NCBI GenBank assembly: GCA_049293215.1
Contig: JBATSI010000044.1
Coordinates: 1-40,431, forward strand
Length of the DNA: 40,431 nucleotides
Reading direction: 5' to 3'
DNA from: Candidatus Saccharimonas sp.
GTDB lineage: Bacteria; Patescibacteriota; Saccharimonadia; Saccharimonadales; Saccharimonadaceae
Shown here: positions 27,880-38,732 of the stretch, piece after piece
Layout of the letters: the number at the start of each line of letters is the position of its first letter
How positions within the stretch are numbered: the first letter of the stretch is position 1
Notes under the pieces: generated by a model
The model's input: only the letters and a program-made list of their open reading frames with translations
What the model was told of the DNA's origin: nothing
The model's database searches: none
Made by a program: the position numbers and the translations under genes

Positions 27880-29661
27880 ATGCGTATTTCAGACCAAACA
27901 CTCATCAAGCTGCTCCAGCGAAATCAAATAGCAAACGACGAACAGCTTAAGCCGATGATAGACGAGGCGAGCCAAGCAGGCGTACCGCTACAAAACATCG
28001 TCCTCGAAAATCATTTGCTAGATGAGCGTCAGCTTACTAAGCTTTTTGCGGAATACACCGAGATTCCTTTTGTAGAAATCGATCCTCGAGACATTCCTAG
28101 TGAGGCGCTGAATAAGATTCCAGAACGTATCGCACGACAGTATAACGCCGTCGTATTCAAAGTCGATGATGATGGCCAAGTGCATCTTGCAATGGATGAC
28201 CCTGACGACATCCAAGCGGTTAACTTTCTCGAAAAAGAACTTGGCGATACAACAAAAATTTATATCGCATCAAAAAATAATATTCTTGAGTGCCTCGAAA
28301 ATTATCGCGGTGACGTTGATAAGGAGCTCAAGGAAGTTATTGATATTCAACGAGAAGACGACGGATCAAACCAGTCAGTAACAGAAGCTGATATCGCCGA
28401 AGATTCCCCAATTGCTCAGACTGTCAACCTTCTACTCGAATACGCAATTCGCAGTAGTGCCAGCGATATCCATATTGAGCCGCGTGAAGATTTTGTGCAA
28501 GTACGCTATCGCATCGATGGTATCCTCAAGGAAGTGAACCGTTTGCCACGAAGTGTTCTTGGCGCACTCGTGAGTCGTATTAAAATTTTATCCAATCTTA
28601 AAATCGACGAACGTCGCGTCCCACAAGATGGTCGATTTAAGATAAAGATCGCAGGACGACAATACGCACTTCGTGTTTCGACCCTTCCCGTAAGCGACGG
28701 AGAGAAAGTCGTTATGCGTATTCTCGACGAGTCGAACCAGGCGGTGACACTACAACAGCTTGGATACTGGGGCCATTCCTTAGAAGTGATTACACAAGCA
28801 ATTGCCGAACCAGATGGCATGGTACTCGTCACTGGACCAACTGGATCTGGTAAGTCAACAAGCCTCTTTAGTATCCTTACTATGCTCAATACTCCAGAAG
28901 TAAACATCTCCACCATCGAGGATCCTGTAGAATACAAAATACCCGGCGTCAACCAGACGCAAACGAATGTAAAGGCAGGTATGACATTTGCAAGCGGGCT
29001 CCGAGCCCTCCTCCGACAAGATCCGAACATCATCATGGTAGGAGAGATTCGTGACGGAGAAACTGCCAATCTTGGCGTTCAGGCAGCCCTCACTGGACAC
29101 CTTGTCTTTAGTACCCTCCACACAAACAATGCTGCTACCTGCCTTCCTCGTTTACTTGATATGGGTATTGAGCCCTTCCTGATTGCAAGCACCGTCAAGG
29201 CTGTTGTCGGACAGCGGCTCGTGCGTCGATTGTGTATGAACTGTCGTCAAAGTTACGCCCCCGACGAAACAGAAACAAGCGAGGTCGTTCGACTCTTTCA
29301 CCTTACTCAAGGTGAAGACTTTGGCTATATTCATCAGCTTGACAAGCAAGCGACCGAACAAAAGGTTGGCGGCGACACGCCGCTAGGAACCACAGACAAT
29401 ACTATTGCCACTTTGTGGCGCGCCCATCCCGAGGGTTGCGATGAGTGTAATCATACAGGCTACAAGGGTCGTATCGGTATATACGAGGTATTAGGAAATA
29501 GTGTTCCTATCCAAAAGATGATTGTCGCAAACGCAACGAGCAATCAGATCCAGGACCAAGCGATTATTGAAGGAATGGTTACAATGCAGACTGATGGCCT
29601 TATAAAAGCACTTCGCGGCAATACAACGGTCGAAGAAGTATTGCGGGTAACGAAGGAATAA
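27880..29661 (+). CDS. pilB: Type IV pilus assembly ATPase PilB/GspE
   Basis: ASDIHIEP, GPTGSGKS, LRQDPNIIMVGEIRD, His box, CxxC pairs. Confidence 0.95.
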   Translation: MRISDQTLIKLLQRNQIANDEQLKPMIDEASQAGVPLQNIVLENHLLDERQLTKLFAEYTEIPFVEIDPRDIPSEALNKIPERIARQYNAVVFKVDDDGQVHLAMDDPDDIQAVNFLEKELGDTTKIYIASKNNILECLENYRGDVDKELKEVIDIQREDDGSNQSVTEADIAEDSPIAQTVNLLLEYAIRSSASDIHIEPREDFVQVRYRIDGILKEVNRLPRSVLGALVSRIKILSNLKIDERRVPQDGRFKIKIAGRQYALRVSTLPVSDGEKVVMRILDESNQAVTLQQLGYWGHSLEVITQAIAEPDGMVLVTGPTGSGKSTSLFSILTMLNTPEVNISTIEDPVEYKIPGVNQTQTNVKAGMTFASGLRALLRQDPNIIMVGEIRDGETANLGVQAALTGHLVFSTLHTNNAATCLPRLLDMGIEPFLIASTVKAVVGQRLVRRLCMNCRQSYAPDETETSEVVRLFHLTQGEDFGYIHQLDKQATEQKVGGDTPLGTTDNTIATLWRAHPEGCDECNHTGYKGRIGIYEVLGNSVPIQKMIVANATSNQIQDQAIIEGMVTMQTDGLIKALRGNTTVEEVLRVTKE

Positions 29662-29664
29662 CGT

Positions 29665-30897
29665 ATGCCACAGTTTCGCTACATTGCTATCAACAGCCAA
29701 AAAAAATCCATTAGCGGCACAATTGACGCCCCTGATAGATCAAGTGTTATTGCGACGCTCACAAAGCAGGGTGTTCGCCCTATCAGTGTTGAAAATGCGA
29801 GCAAGGAAGCAAGCGTAAAACTCTCATTTGGCAAAAGCTTCGGTGGCAATAAGGTAAAGACAGAAGACCTTGTTATGTTCACTCGTCAGCTCAGTGCAAT
29901 GGTATCTGCCGGCGTACCACTTCTTCGAGCTATTGGGTCACTCCACGACCACACAACAAGTAAGGCGCTCGAAAAAGTAACCGCTAGTCTCACCCAGGAC
30001 ATCGAAGGTGGAGCAACTCTTGCGGATGCTCTCGCAAAACATCCAGATACCTTTAATGACGTCTACGTCAACATGGTGCGAGCCGGTGAAGCGGCTGGAA
30101 TTCTGGACGACATCCTGAAGAGACTTGCCCTCCAGCAAGAAAAGAATGCAAGCATCCGAAAAAAAGTAAAAAGCGCCATGACATATCCAGTCGTGCTCAT
30201 GGTTATCACTGTTGTAGCATTTTTCGGGCTCATGATTTTTGTCATTCCTCAAATAGGCAAAATCGTAGAAGGCCTCGGAGGACCAGACGCAAAGCTTCCT
30301 GGCATCACTGTATTCATGCTTGGTATGAGCGACTTTATTATCCACTACGGTATTTTTATTGTCATAGCTGTAGTAGCCCTTATTACTTTCTTGAGAAGAT
30401 ATATCAAGACACCAAAAGGGAAATTGCAATTTCACACTATCTTACTCAAGATTCCTAAGGTGAATGACATTATCGAAAAAGTCGCCGTTGCACAATTTGC
30501 GCGAACCTTCTCTGCACTCATGGGGTCTGGCGTCGCCGTTCTTGAGGCTTTACATGTTACCTCTCGTGCGGTGGGAAACACCGTATACGGAAATCTTATC
30601 AATGAAGCTGCCGAAGAAGTCAAAAACGGCAAAACGCTATCAAGCGTTATCGAAAAAACTCCATTATTTCCTCCTATCGTTGCGCAGATGCTTGCCGTCG
30701 GCGAAGAGACAGGACAGACAGACACTGTGCTCATAAAGGTAGCAGACTACTACGAAGAGGAAGTTGACGTCGCTATCGAGAGTGTTAGCTCAATCATAGA
30801 ACCTATTATGATTGTTATCATGGGTTCGATGGTTGGCCTTATTGCAGCGGCCGTCATGCTTCCAATCTCTGGCATGGCGAATCAGATAAAGGGCTAG
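29665..30897 (+). CDS. pilC: Type IV pilus platform protein PilC/GspF
   Basis: FTRQLSAMVSAGVPL, AGEAAG, GEETG, IEP; three TM. Confidence 0.95.
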   Translation: MPQFRYIAINSQKKSISGTIDAPDRSSVIATLTKQGVRPISVENASKEASVKLSFGKSFGGNKVKTEDLVMFTRQLSAMVSAGVPLLRAIGSLHDHTTSKALEKVTASLTQDIEGGATLADALAKHPDTFNDVYVNMVRAGEAAGILDDILKRLALQQEKNASIRKKVKSAMTYPVVLMVITVVAFFGLMIFVIPQIGKIVEGLGGPDAKLPGITVFMLGMSDFIIHYGIFIVIAVVALITFLRRYIKTPKGKLQFHTILLKIPKVNDIIEKVAVAQFARTFSALMGSGVAVLEALHVTSRAVGNTVYGNLINEAAEEVKNGKTLSSVIEKTPLFPPIVAQMLAVGEETGQTDTVLIKVADYYEEEVDVAIESVSSIIEPIMIVIMGSMVGLIAAAVMLPISGMANQIKG

Positions 30898-30946
30898 CTT
30901 TTTCTATGATGCTCATGCTACAATACTACTAGTATTAGGTGGGCAT

Positions 30947-32005
30947 ATGTCAAAGTTATTTTATCACACAAAACCACTCATCGGTCTGGATATAAGCCAG
31001 ACTGGTATTAAAGTGATGTCAATCGATCCGAAACACTGGCTTGTTCGCGGATATGGCTCTCTTGATCTTGACCCTAAAAAGGTACAAGAATCATTGGAAG
31101 ATCCTGAGAACCTCTATCTTACAGAAAAGATTGGCTCACTTATGAACGACCATCTTATCGGTGATCTTAATAGCGACCAGGTAGTCATCGGCGTGCCAAC
31201 AAGTCGCACATACTCTCGAACCTTTACTATCCCTACAAAAGAAATCTCTCACCTCGCAAGTGCCGTTGAAGTTGAGGTTGATCAGTATATTCCAATTCCA
31301 ATGAGTGCACTTTATATCGATTACGAAATCATCGAACAGACAAAAGAACAGTCAACCGTCATCATGTCAGCCGTGCCTCGTCAGCTCATCGATTCCTGCA
31401 TGAAGGCAGTTGAAGGAGTCAATCTCACTCCAGTTATCATTGAGCCAAATATCAATGCCATTGCACGCGTGCTCGAAGCAACAGAAGAAGGCCATCTCCT
31501 TACAATGATTGTCGATATAGGGCCAGCGAGTACTGATATTGCAATCCTCGACAAAGGAGTTGTTCGGCTCACCGGTAGCATCGCGATTGGTGGCAACACA
31601 TTCACGCTTGCTCTAGCAAAATATCTAGGAACAACTCTTGAAAATGCACACCAGCTAAAGGTGCTCAATGGACTTTCCGCTGGACCACGCCAGGCAAAGA
31701 TTAGTGCAGCACTCAAGCCAAGCCTTAGCCGTATCAGCAGTGAAATACGCAAAGTGATTCGCTACTACCACGAACGCCTTGGCGACAACAGCAAAATCGA
31801 ACAACTTCTTATTGTCGGTGGCGGAAGTAACGTTCCAGGCATAGGAGACTTTTTCACAAACGATCTTGTCATGCCTGCTCGCGTTGCAAGCCCGTGGCAA
31901 AAACTTGATTTCGGAAAACTCCAACAACCGCACAAACAATTTCGCCCACGATACATCACGGTTGCTGGTCTCGCAAGCCTTAATAGCGAGGATATCTGGA
32001 AATGA
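30947..32005 (+). CDS. pilM: PilM (actin-like)
   Basis: IGLDIS, VDIG, VGGGS; operon position. Confidence 0.9.
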   Translation: MSKLFYHTKPLIGLDISQTGIKVMSIDPKHWLVRGYGSLDLDPKKVQESLEDPENLYLTEKIGSLMNDHLIGDLNSDQVVIGVPTSRTYSRTFTIPTKEISHLASAVEVEVDQYIPIPMSALYIDYEIIEQTKEQSTVIMSAVPRQLIDSCMKAVEGVNLTPVIIEPNINAIARVLEATEEGHLLTMIVDIGPASTDIAILDKGVVRLTGSIAIGGNTFTLALAKYLGTTLENAHQLKVLNGLSAGPRQAKISAALKPSLSRISSEIRKVIRYYHERLGDNSKIEQLLIVGGGSNVPGIGDFFTNDLVMPARVASPWQKLDFGKLQQPHKQFRPRYITVAGLASLNSEDIWK

Positions 32006-32559
32006 TCAACCTCCTTCCCCCTTCCTACCAAAAAGAATTAGCTGCTTCACGTACTAATACCTTATTGCGACGTTATGTCATACTCCTCTTTGGACTTGTC
32101 ATTATCATGATGGCCGAGGTTGGTGTTGTGTTTTTCTTCCTCAACACGGTCAAGGTGCAGAATCAAGCAAGGATTGACGAGAACAATCAAAAGACCGCTT
32201 CCTACAGCAGTGTAAAAAAAGAGGCCGATGAATTCCGAAATAATCTCACAACCGCAAAGAAAATACTTGGACAACAGGTTTCCTATACGCAGCTCATAAA
32301 GCTGCTCTCAGATCTCTTGCCTCCCAATGTCGTTATTGATCAGCTCAGCCTCGACCCCTCAACATTTGGCGTTCCAACAACGCTAAGCGTTCGAGCAAAA
32401 GGCTATAACGATGCAATCGTCTTTCGCGCCAAGCTCAATGAATCTGCTATATTCTCTAGTGTTAATTTTCAATCGATTACATTGCAGGAACAAGATACGA
32501 CAGGATATCCCTATACATCTACTTTTAATGTTACGTTCAAGAAAGGTTTGGGACAGTGA
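32002..32559 (+). CDS. pilN: PilN
   Basis: MINLLP motif, TM, coiled coil. Confidence 0.85.
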   Translation: MINLLPPSYQKELAASRTNTLLRRYVILLFGLVIIMMAEVGVVFFFLNTVKVQNQARIDENNQKTASYSSVKKEADEFRNNLTTAKKILGQQVSYTQLIKLLSDLLPPNVVIDQLSLDPSTFGVPTTLSVRAKGYNDAIVFRAKLNESAIFSSVNFQSITLQEQDTTGYPYTSTFNVTFKKGLGQ

Positions 32560-33194
32560 AAAAAGGAGTAAAACTTAACGCCATCCTCCTGCGACGCATT
32601 CTTATTGTTTCGCTCATCTTTATCTCACTCTTTGGCATTGGCATCTTCTCGTACAGCTATAGTATTCTCAGCAAGTTTGCCGACGAAACGAGTCAGACAG
32701 CCTCACAAGCTGTCGCAAGCGACGACAGTCTATCTGATATTGCAAAGATGGAGACATCCCTCAAAGAGGAGAAAGACGCCGTGGAGCGTGCTTCAAAAAT
32801 AGTAGCTCAGAGCAAAAGTTATCAATACCAAGACCAGATTATCAGCGACCTCAATGGTTTTGCAAATAAGGCGGGCGTAAAGATTACCGGCATTAGCTTC
32901 AATGACGGAAGTGCAGCTTCTAGCTCAAACGCAGCCAGCTCAACATCAACGCCTACCAATTCTTCAGCAACAAGCGCCCCCTCTACAGGGCTCAAGTCAA
33001 CAACGGCATCAGTTACTATTGAAAATCCCGTCGAATATCGCTCCATCCTCAATTTTATTTATCTTATTGAGCAGAGCCTGACAAAAATGCACATTTCTAG
33101 TGTGTCACTTTCACACAGCAGCGACGGACAAGAGGGGGCATCAAGAACAAGCGTCACAAGTGACGCGCTAACCATTGAGGTATATCTACAATAA
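32556..33194 (+). CDS. PilO-like protein
   Basis: N-terminal TM, coiled coil, position after pilN; contains a Ser/Thr-rich insert. Confidence 0.7.
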   Translation: MKKGVKLNAILLRRILIVSLIFISLFGIGIFSYSYSILSKFADETSQTASQAVASDDSLSDIAKMETSLKEEKDAVERASKIVAQSKSYQYQDQIISDLNGFANKAGVKITGISFNDGSAASSSNAASSTSTPTNSSATSAPSTGLKSTTASVTIENPVEYRSILNFIYLIEQSLTKMHISSVSLSHSSDGQEGASRTSVTSDALTIEVYLQ

Positions 33195-33478
33195 TGAATA
33201 CTAACTTATCGTTTACCGAGATTAATACTGCTATTGCAAACTTTCTCCATCGCTACCATGTCGTCCTGTTTGCGATCCTTGCCTTTGGCAGCTTATCGGT
33301 TGCAACCTATTTGCTCAACCTCACAATAGTCCATTCGACAGAAATCACCCAAACAAACCAATCAACAACATTTGACCAAGATACCATTAATAAAATCAAG
33401 CAGCTCAACACTCTTGATGAAGCCGAGCAAGAGAACGTTAACCCTCCGATAAGTGCACGAAATCCTTTTGTTGAGTAG
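33194..33478 (+). CDS. Small membrane protein (possible PilP remnant)
   Basis: One TM; ends RNPF, like the PilP RDPF motif. Confidence 0.6.
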   Translation: MNTNLSFTEINTAIANFLHRYHVVLFAILAFGSLSVATYLLNLTIVHSTEITQTNQSTTFDQDTINKIKQLNTLDEAEQENVNPPISARNPFVE

Positions 33479-33505
33479 CCTCATAAAAAAGGTTATACTA
33501 ATAGT

Positions 33506-34078
33506 ATGATACTTCTCGGATCAGCTCTTATTAACTTCCCTGTCATGAGTCTTCAGACTGGTGGTCAAATAGGTACCGCCACCAAGCCACTCATAGATCC
33601 GACAAACCTTGCTATTATGGCATATTTCATTGATAGCCCTCTCATAAAACACTCGTCACTGCTGCGCCTTGCCGACGTACGTGAGCTGAGTGATATGGGG
33701 TTTATCGTTGATTCAATTGATGAGCTCATCGCCCCAGACGATGTACTGAAAATAAAAACACTCGTCGAGCTTAATTTTGTCATTACTGGTATGTCCGTAC
33801 GTAATGAGAAAGGAAGCAAGTTGGGCAAAGTAACCGATTACACCCTCGATACGAGCAGTTTTATCATTCAACAGTTGACGGTACATCGACCGCTTTTCCA
33901 TAGTTTCAATGATACCGAGCTCGTTATTCATCGATCACAGATCATTGAAATAAATGATACTGCTATTATTGTTCACTCTCAGGCAAAAGCCCCTGAGCCA
34001 GAACGAAGTCAAGTTGTAAGTAGTTACGTAAATCCCTTTCGTCGATCAAACGCCGCTGAATCAACAGAGCAAAACTAG
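33506..34078 (+). CDS. PRC-barrel domain protein
   Basis: Two PRC-like repeats (PVMSLQTGGQIG; VRNEKGSKLGKVTDY). Confidence 0.75.
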   Translation: MILLGSALINFPVMSLQTGGQIGTATKPLIDPTNLAIMAYFIDSPLIKHSSLLRLADVRELSDMGFIVDSIDELIAPDDVLKIKTLVELNFVITGMSVRNEKGSKLGKVTDYTLDTSSFIIQQLTVHRPLFHSFNDTELVIHRSQIIEINDTAIIVHSQAKAPEPERSQVVSSYVNPFRRSNAAESTEQN

Positions 34079-34731
34079 CCGTTGTCTTCTCGCAGTTTTG
34101 CCCGTACATCATCATAACTAAATCCCTGTCGAACAAGATACTGAATTAGCTTCTGCTCGTCAGCATACTTTGTGCGCTTTTTTGCCATTATTTTCTCAAG
34201 TTCATCACTATCATTTCTCGCAACATACGCAATAGCCTGCTCGATAATAGTCCCAGCGACACCTTTCGCTCTAAGCTCGGCTATGAGCTTGCGCGTAGAA
34301 GTACCTTTTGTGACATTACGATTCTCTACCCACCATACAGCAAACGATTTATCGTCAACATACCCTTTTTGCTGCAATACTCTCAGCACCCTATCCGCAA
34401 GCCCAGGAGCGTATCCCTTTTGTATCGTACCGTCTTTTGTACGCCTAGCTAACGTCTTTCTCCTGAGGTACTGTTGCATCTCTTGAAGTGAGTGTGGCCG
34501 ACGAAGCGCATATTCTAATGCACGGCCATATAGCTTTCCAAATTGCCCCTCTTCTTGCAGTTCCTGCAATGCTTCATCTGATAGCCGCTTTCCTACCTTC
34601 ACTCCAAGATCAACAACTTGAGATATATCAAGACTAAAGCAGTATTTGCCGTCAATTGATACATTAACTCTATCGCGATTGCGTGCCTGTACCGACAAAC
34701 TTGTGACTGTGTACATATCAGTTTCTTTCAT
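34075..34731 (-). CDS. recX: RecX regulatory protein
   Basis: RVNVSIDG, R-HS-E, YVDD-FA, LRAKGV, YLVRQGF; downstream of recA. Confidence 0.9.
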   Translation of the reverse strand: MKETDMYTVTSLSVQARNRDRVNVSIDGKYCFSLDISQVVDLGVKVGKRLSDEALQELQEEGQFGKLYGRALEYALRRPHSLQEMQQYLRRKTLARRTKDGTIQKGYAPGLADRVLRVLQQKGYVDDKSFAVWWVENRNVTKGTSTRKLIAELRAKGVAGTIIEQAIAYVARNDSDELEKIMAKKRTKYADEQKLIQYLVRQGFSYDDVRAKLREDNG

Positions 34732-34777
34732 AAACAAGTATGGATCCGATCCGGCACCTATGCGCTATTGTGTATTA

Positions 34778-35818
34778 TTACACATCTTGCTCTTCAGCTA
34801 CCTTTTCGCGAACCTTCTTCTCGATGTCTTCAAGATCTTTTGCGTTTTCCTTAAGATGTTTCTTTGTCTGCTCGCGACCTTGTCCGATTTTTGCTCCATT
34901 ATAATCGAACCACGCACCAGACTTACCAACGATACCATACTGAACGCCAAGATCGAGAACGTCACCCGTTTTTGAAATGCCTTCGTTGTACATAATATCA
35001 AACTCTGCCGTGCGGAAAGGAGGGGCGATCTTGTTTTTAACAACCTTTACCCTCGTACGGTTACCAATGATATTTTCGCCTTCTTTAATTTGCCCAATGC
35101 GTCGAATATCCGCGCGGACCGATGCGTAGAATTTTAATGCGTTTCCACCTGTTGTGGTTTCTGGGTTTCCAAACATAACACCAATTTTCATGCGGATTTG
35201 ATTAATAAATATCACCGTCGCTTTGCTCTTGTTGATAATCCCAGTGAGCTTACGCAATGCCTGACTCATAAGCCGCGCCTGCAAGCCCATATGACTATCA
35301 CCCATATCGCCGTCAATTTCTGCCTGCGGAACCAATGCCGCTACCGAGTCTACCACAATCAAATCGACCGCGTTTGATCGAACAAGTGTTTCTACAATTT
35401 CAAGTGCTTGCTCACCATTGTCTGGCTGACTAACGAGAAGATTATCAGTATCGACACCCAGACGCTTCGCATATGCTGGATCGAGCGCGTGTTCTGCGTC
35501 GATAAAGGCTGCAGTACCACCTTGTTTTTGTATTTCTGCTATAGCATGCAACGTCAGCGTTGTTTTTCCACTACTCTCAGGCCCATAAATTTCAATAATA
35601 CGACCTTTCGGATATCCACCGCCAAGAGCGATATCGAGGCTAAGGCTGCCCGACGGGAGCAACTCTACGTCAACTCTTTTTGCCTCACCAAGCTTCATAA
35701 TCGAACCGTCACCAAATTGCTTAGTAATCTGATCCATTGCGAGGCCCAAAGCTTTAAGTTTTCCCTCATCGGCCGTTGGCTTTTGTGCTAGCGTCTTACT
35801 TTCTGATTTCTTTGTCAT
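34778..35818 (-). CDS. recA: RecA
   Basis: [36 protein letters not shown]. Confidence 0.99.
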   Translation of the reverse strand: MTKKSESKTLAQKPTADEGKLKALGLAMDQITKQFGDGSIMKLGEAKRVDVELLPSGSLSLDIALGGGYPKGRIIEIYGPESSGKTTLTLHAIAEIQKQGGTAAFIDAEHALDPAYAKRLGVDTDNLLVSQPDNGEQALEIVETLVRSNAVDLIVVDSVAALVPQAEIDGDMGDSHMGLQARLMSQALRKLTGIINKSKATVIFINQIRMKIGVMFGNPETTTGGNALKFYASVRADIRRIGQIKEGENIIGNRTRVKVVKNKIAPPFRTAEFDIMYNEGISKTGDVLDLGVQYGIVGKSGAWFDYNGAKIGQGREQTKKHLKENAKDLEDIEKKVREKVAEEQDV

Positions 35819-35903
35819 GAGCTCCCTCTCCTTATATACTTATTATACCAAGAATTTACCATAATACTAACTACCGCTCCCGAGCAATGCTATAATAGAA
35901 GAT

Positions 35904-36302
35904 ATGAAATTGAAAAAAGGATTTACCGTCATAGAGCTCCTTGTCATCATTGTATTACTAGGAGTTGGAGCATGGCTTTTTGTCAACGAAAAATCATCCG
36001 TTGAAGCAACCGAGAGAGATAGCCAGCGAAAAATAGCGATCAATGCTATGTACTACGGACTCGAAGAGGTCTTTTATGAGAAGAACAACTATTACCCAAA
36101 TACTATAGATAGCAAAACGCTTCGTTCGGTTGATCCAAGCTTGTTTACAGACCCTAACGGTACCGCATGGGGGGATGCATCATCAAATTACCACTATACA
36201 GGTATAGGCTGCAACACCAATAACCATTGTAGCGGATATAAGCTTTATGCAACTATGGAAAAAGAAGCCGATTATACAAAAACAAACCGCAATAAAGACT
36301 AG
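35904..36302 (+). CDS. Short prepilin-like protein
   Basis: KKG|FTVIELLV; FTDP motif; Cys pair. Confidence 0.85.
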   Translation: MKLKKGFTVIELLVIIVLLGVGAWLFVNEKSSVEATERDSQRKIAINAMYYGLEEVFYEKNNYYPNTIDSKTLRSVDPSLFTDPNGTAWGDASSNYHYTGIGCNTNNHCSGYKLYATMEKEADYTKTNRNKD

Positions 36303-37075
36303 TCGTCTTCTTTGCTAGCCTCTCCTACGGGCCGTCCTGTCTTAAATGCCTCAATAGCGTTGTTGAGAATAGCAAGCTGTCGTTTTGGATTTGAGACATA
36401 AGAGAATCGATATGTCGTCTCATCACCTTCAGTGCTTAGACGAATAGAACCGTAGTTTAGAATTGACTGTAGCGGCCCGGTCTGATGGAAACTTGCATCT
36501 TCTATATTCAATAGGCTCACTGTTTGTTCAGTTCGCGAGAAAAGACTTGTTTGGATTTCCTGGATGACACTTTCATTTGTTAGAAAAAAACTGTTTCTCA
36601 TATATACCCAAATCGCCGCGTAGCCACCAATCGCAAACAAAAGTATCAGGAGTATTCCCATAAGGAGCACCATGCCGTACAGCCGAGTGGTCAGACCTAT
36701 CAGTTGGGCAATCTCAGGATAATTGAACATAACGATAAACGTCAGGCTGATAAGCACGCCAGATGTGACAATCGCAGGCACCATACCGATAGGATGCCGA
36801 CGCACAAAACTAATGATATATTCATGATCGCTCAAATTCAATTCCGGAAACACAGCAACAGACTCCTCGTGTCGACGACGCGTTTCAGGGGACACTTCCG
36901 GCGCGCGAGGCTCTACGGCACGCGAAACGTGCACATATTGATGCACTTCGCTCACCTGCCCACTTCGATCGCTTTTCGTTGTTGTTATCGGCGCGGCGTA
37001 TAATGGCTTACCATCAACATCATATGCAATTGGCTGCACCTTATCTGATTCTATGTGTGGCTGTAAGTCTTCCAT
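36299..37075 (-). CDS. Membrane protein with a bacterial PH domain
   Basis: RRHP, two TM, FFLTNE, LNYGSIRLSTEG. Confidence 0.7.
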   Translation of the reverse strand: MEDLQPHIESDKVQPIAYDVDGKPLYAAPITTTKSDRSGQVSEVHQYVHVSRAVEPRAPEVSPETRRRHEESVAVFPELNLSDHEYIISFVRRHPIGMVPAIVTSGVLISLTFIVMFNYPEIAQLIGLTTRLYGMVLLMGILLILLFAIGGYAAIWVYMRNSFFLTNESVIQEIQTSLFSRTEQTVSLLNIEDASFHQTGPLQSILNYGSIRLSTEGDETTYRFSYVSNPKRQLAILNNAIEAFKTGRPVGEASKEDD

Positions 37076-38100
37076 CAGCGTTTGGTCTCCCTGGCGTTAG
37101 TCAACCCCTCTAAATGCTTTTTTGCTCGTGGTGTCACCTTCCTTCCACGAGGTGTTCGTTCGATAAACCCTAACTGCAGCAAATATGGCTCATAAAAATC
37201 TTCAATCGTTGTCGCCTCATCACCAGTCAATGCCGCAATTGTCGTCAACCCTACTGGACGATCACCATAATTATCAAGCATACTCCGTAGAAGAATACGG
37301 TCGGCTGGATCAAGCCCTTTTTCGTCAATTTCGAGAAGCTTCAGTGCCTTTGTTGTCGTGTCTACGTCTATAATTCCGTCACCATTAACATCAGCATAGT
37401 CGCGCACTCGCTTTAGCAATCTATTCGCAATACGTGGCGTCAACCGTGCTCGTGTACTAAGGAGATCTGATGCCCCAGCATCAATCTTTGTTCCCAAAAT
37501 AGAAGCTGCCCTTTTTATTATCTGTGCTATCTCACTTGATGTATAAAATTCAAGCCGATAAATGTGTCCAAATCGATCACGAAGTGGCGCCGCCAAACTA
37601 CCTGTTCGCGTTGTTGCTCCAATAACTGTAAATTTCGGCAGATCAAGCCTAACACTGCGCGCTGCCGGTCCTTTCCCGATAACAATATCAAGCTTATAGT
37701 CTTCCATCGCAGAGTACAGCACTTCCTCAACTGCGCGCGACAGCCGATGAATTTCATCGATAAACAGGATATCTCCATCCTGCAGATTCGTCAAAATACT
37801 TGCAAGATCACCCGCGCGTTCAATTGCAGGACCGCTTGTCACGCGCAAACCAGCACCCATCTCATTCGCGATAACCGTTGCCATTGTCGTCTTACCAAGC
37901 CCAGGAGGACCATAAAGCAATACGTGATCAATCGGCTCGTCACGTTTCTTTGCCGCTTTTATTGCAAGACGTAAGTTCGTCTTTAGTCTTTCTTGTCCAA
38001 CATAATCTTGAAACGTTTGCGGACGAAGCGTTACCTCAATCTGCCGCTCTTCGCTATCGTCGTCGTGATGACCTGTATCTACAATTCTTTCAATTGCCAT
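37075..38100 (-). CDS. ruvB: Holliday junction helicase RuvB
   Basis: [33 protein letters not shown]. Confidence 0.98.
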   Translation of the reverse strand: MAIERIVDTGHHDDDSEERQIEVTLRPQTFQDYVGQERLKTNLRLAIKAAKKRDEPIDHVLLYGPPGLGKTTMATVIANEMGAGLRVTSGPAIERAGDLASILTNLQDGDILFIDEIHRLSRAVEEVLYSAMEDYKLDIVIGKGPAARSVRLDLPKFTVIGATTRTGSLAAPLRDRFGHIYRLEFYTSSEIAQIIKRAASILGTKIDAGASDLLSTRARLTPRIANRLLKRVRDYADVNGDGIIDVDTTTKALKLLEIDEKGLDPADRILLRSMLDNYGDRPVGLTTIAALTGDEATTIEDFYEPYLLQLGFIERTPRGRKVTPRAKKHLEGLTNARETKR

Positions 38101-38156
38101 ACCTTTAGTATAGCGTATTTTGTCTCTTTATGCCGAGAAGTCTCTATATACTATCA

Positions 38157-38732
38157 CTACTGACGGAGTGCCGCCATGACACGCTTATTTGTTGGAAGCG
38201 TCGTATCTACCGCCTCAAGTGCCTTTGTCGCATCAGCTAGCGTATAGCCTAGTGCCATCAGTGCCTCAAGCGCTTCATCGGTCGTATTAATCTCTGTTTG
38301 TACTAGGTCCTGGCTACGTCCATAGTGTGTTGGTAGCCCAACTTTATCGCTTAAATCAACAACTACTCGTTCTGCAGTTTTCTTGCCTATTCCTGAGGCT
38401 TTTTGTATAAATGCACTATCCGCATTTGCAATAGCATTGCGCACTACCTCTGCTTCCGCCAACGACAATATTGCCAGCGCCGCTTTTGGACCAACTCCCT
38501 GCACCGTAATCAACATTTCGAAAATCTTCTTTGCTGCAAGTGTCGAAAAGCCAAAGAGCTCTTGCGACTGCTCACGAATATGGTGATACGTGTATAGCTT
38601 TATCTCTTGATGTAGCTGGATGGCGTCATAGTCACCCGTTGCAATGCTGATCTCATAACCTACCCCATGTACGTCAACAATAACGCTGCTATTAAACTTC
38701 TCGCTTACTGCTCCAAAGATATGGGCGATCAT
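38157..38732 (-). CDS. ruvA: RuvA
   Basis: DVHGVGYE, LFGF, HhH motifs GVGPK and GIGKKTAER. Confidence 0.97.
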   Translation of the reverse strand: MIAHIFGAVSEKFNSSVIVDVHGVGYEISIATGDYDAIQLHQEIKLYTYHHIREQSQELFGFSTLAAKKIFEMLITVQGVGPKAALAILSLAEAEVVRNAIANADSAFIQKASGIGKKTAERVVVDLSDKVGLPTHYGRSQDLVQTEINTTDEALEALMALGYTLADATKALEAVDTTLPTNKRVMAALRQ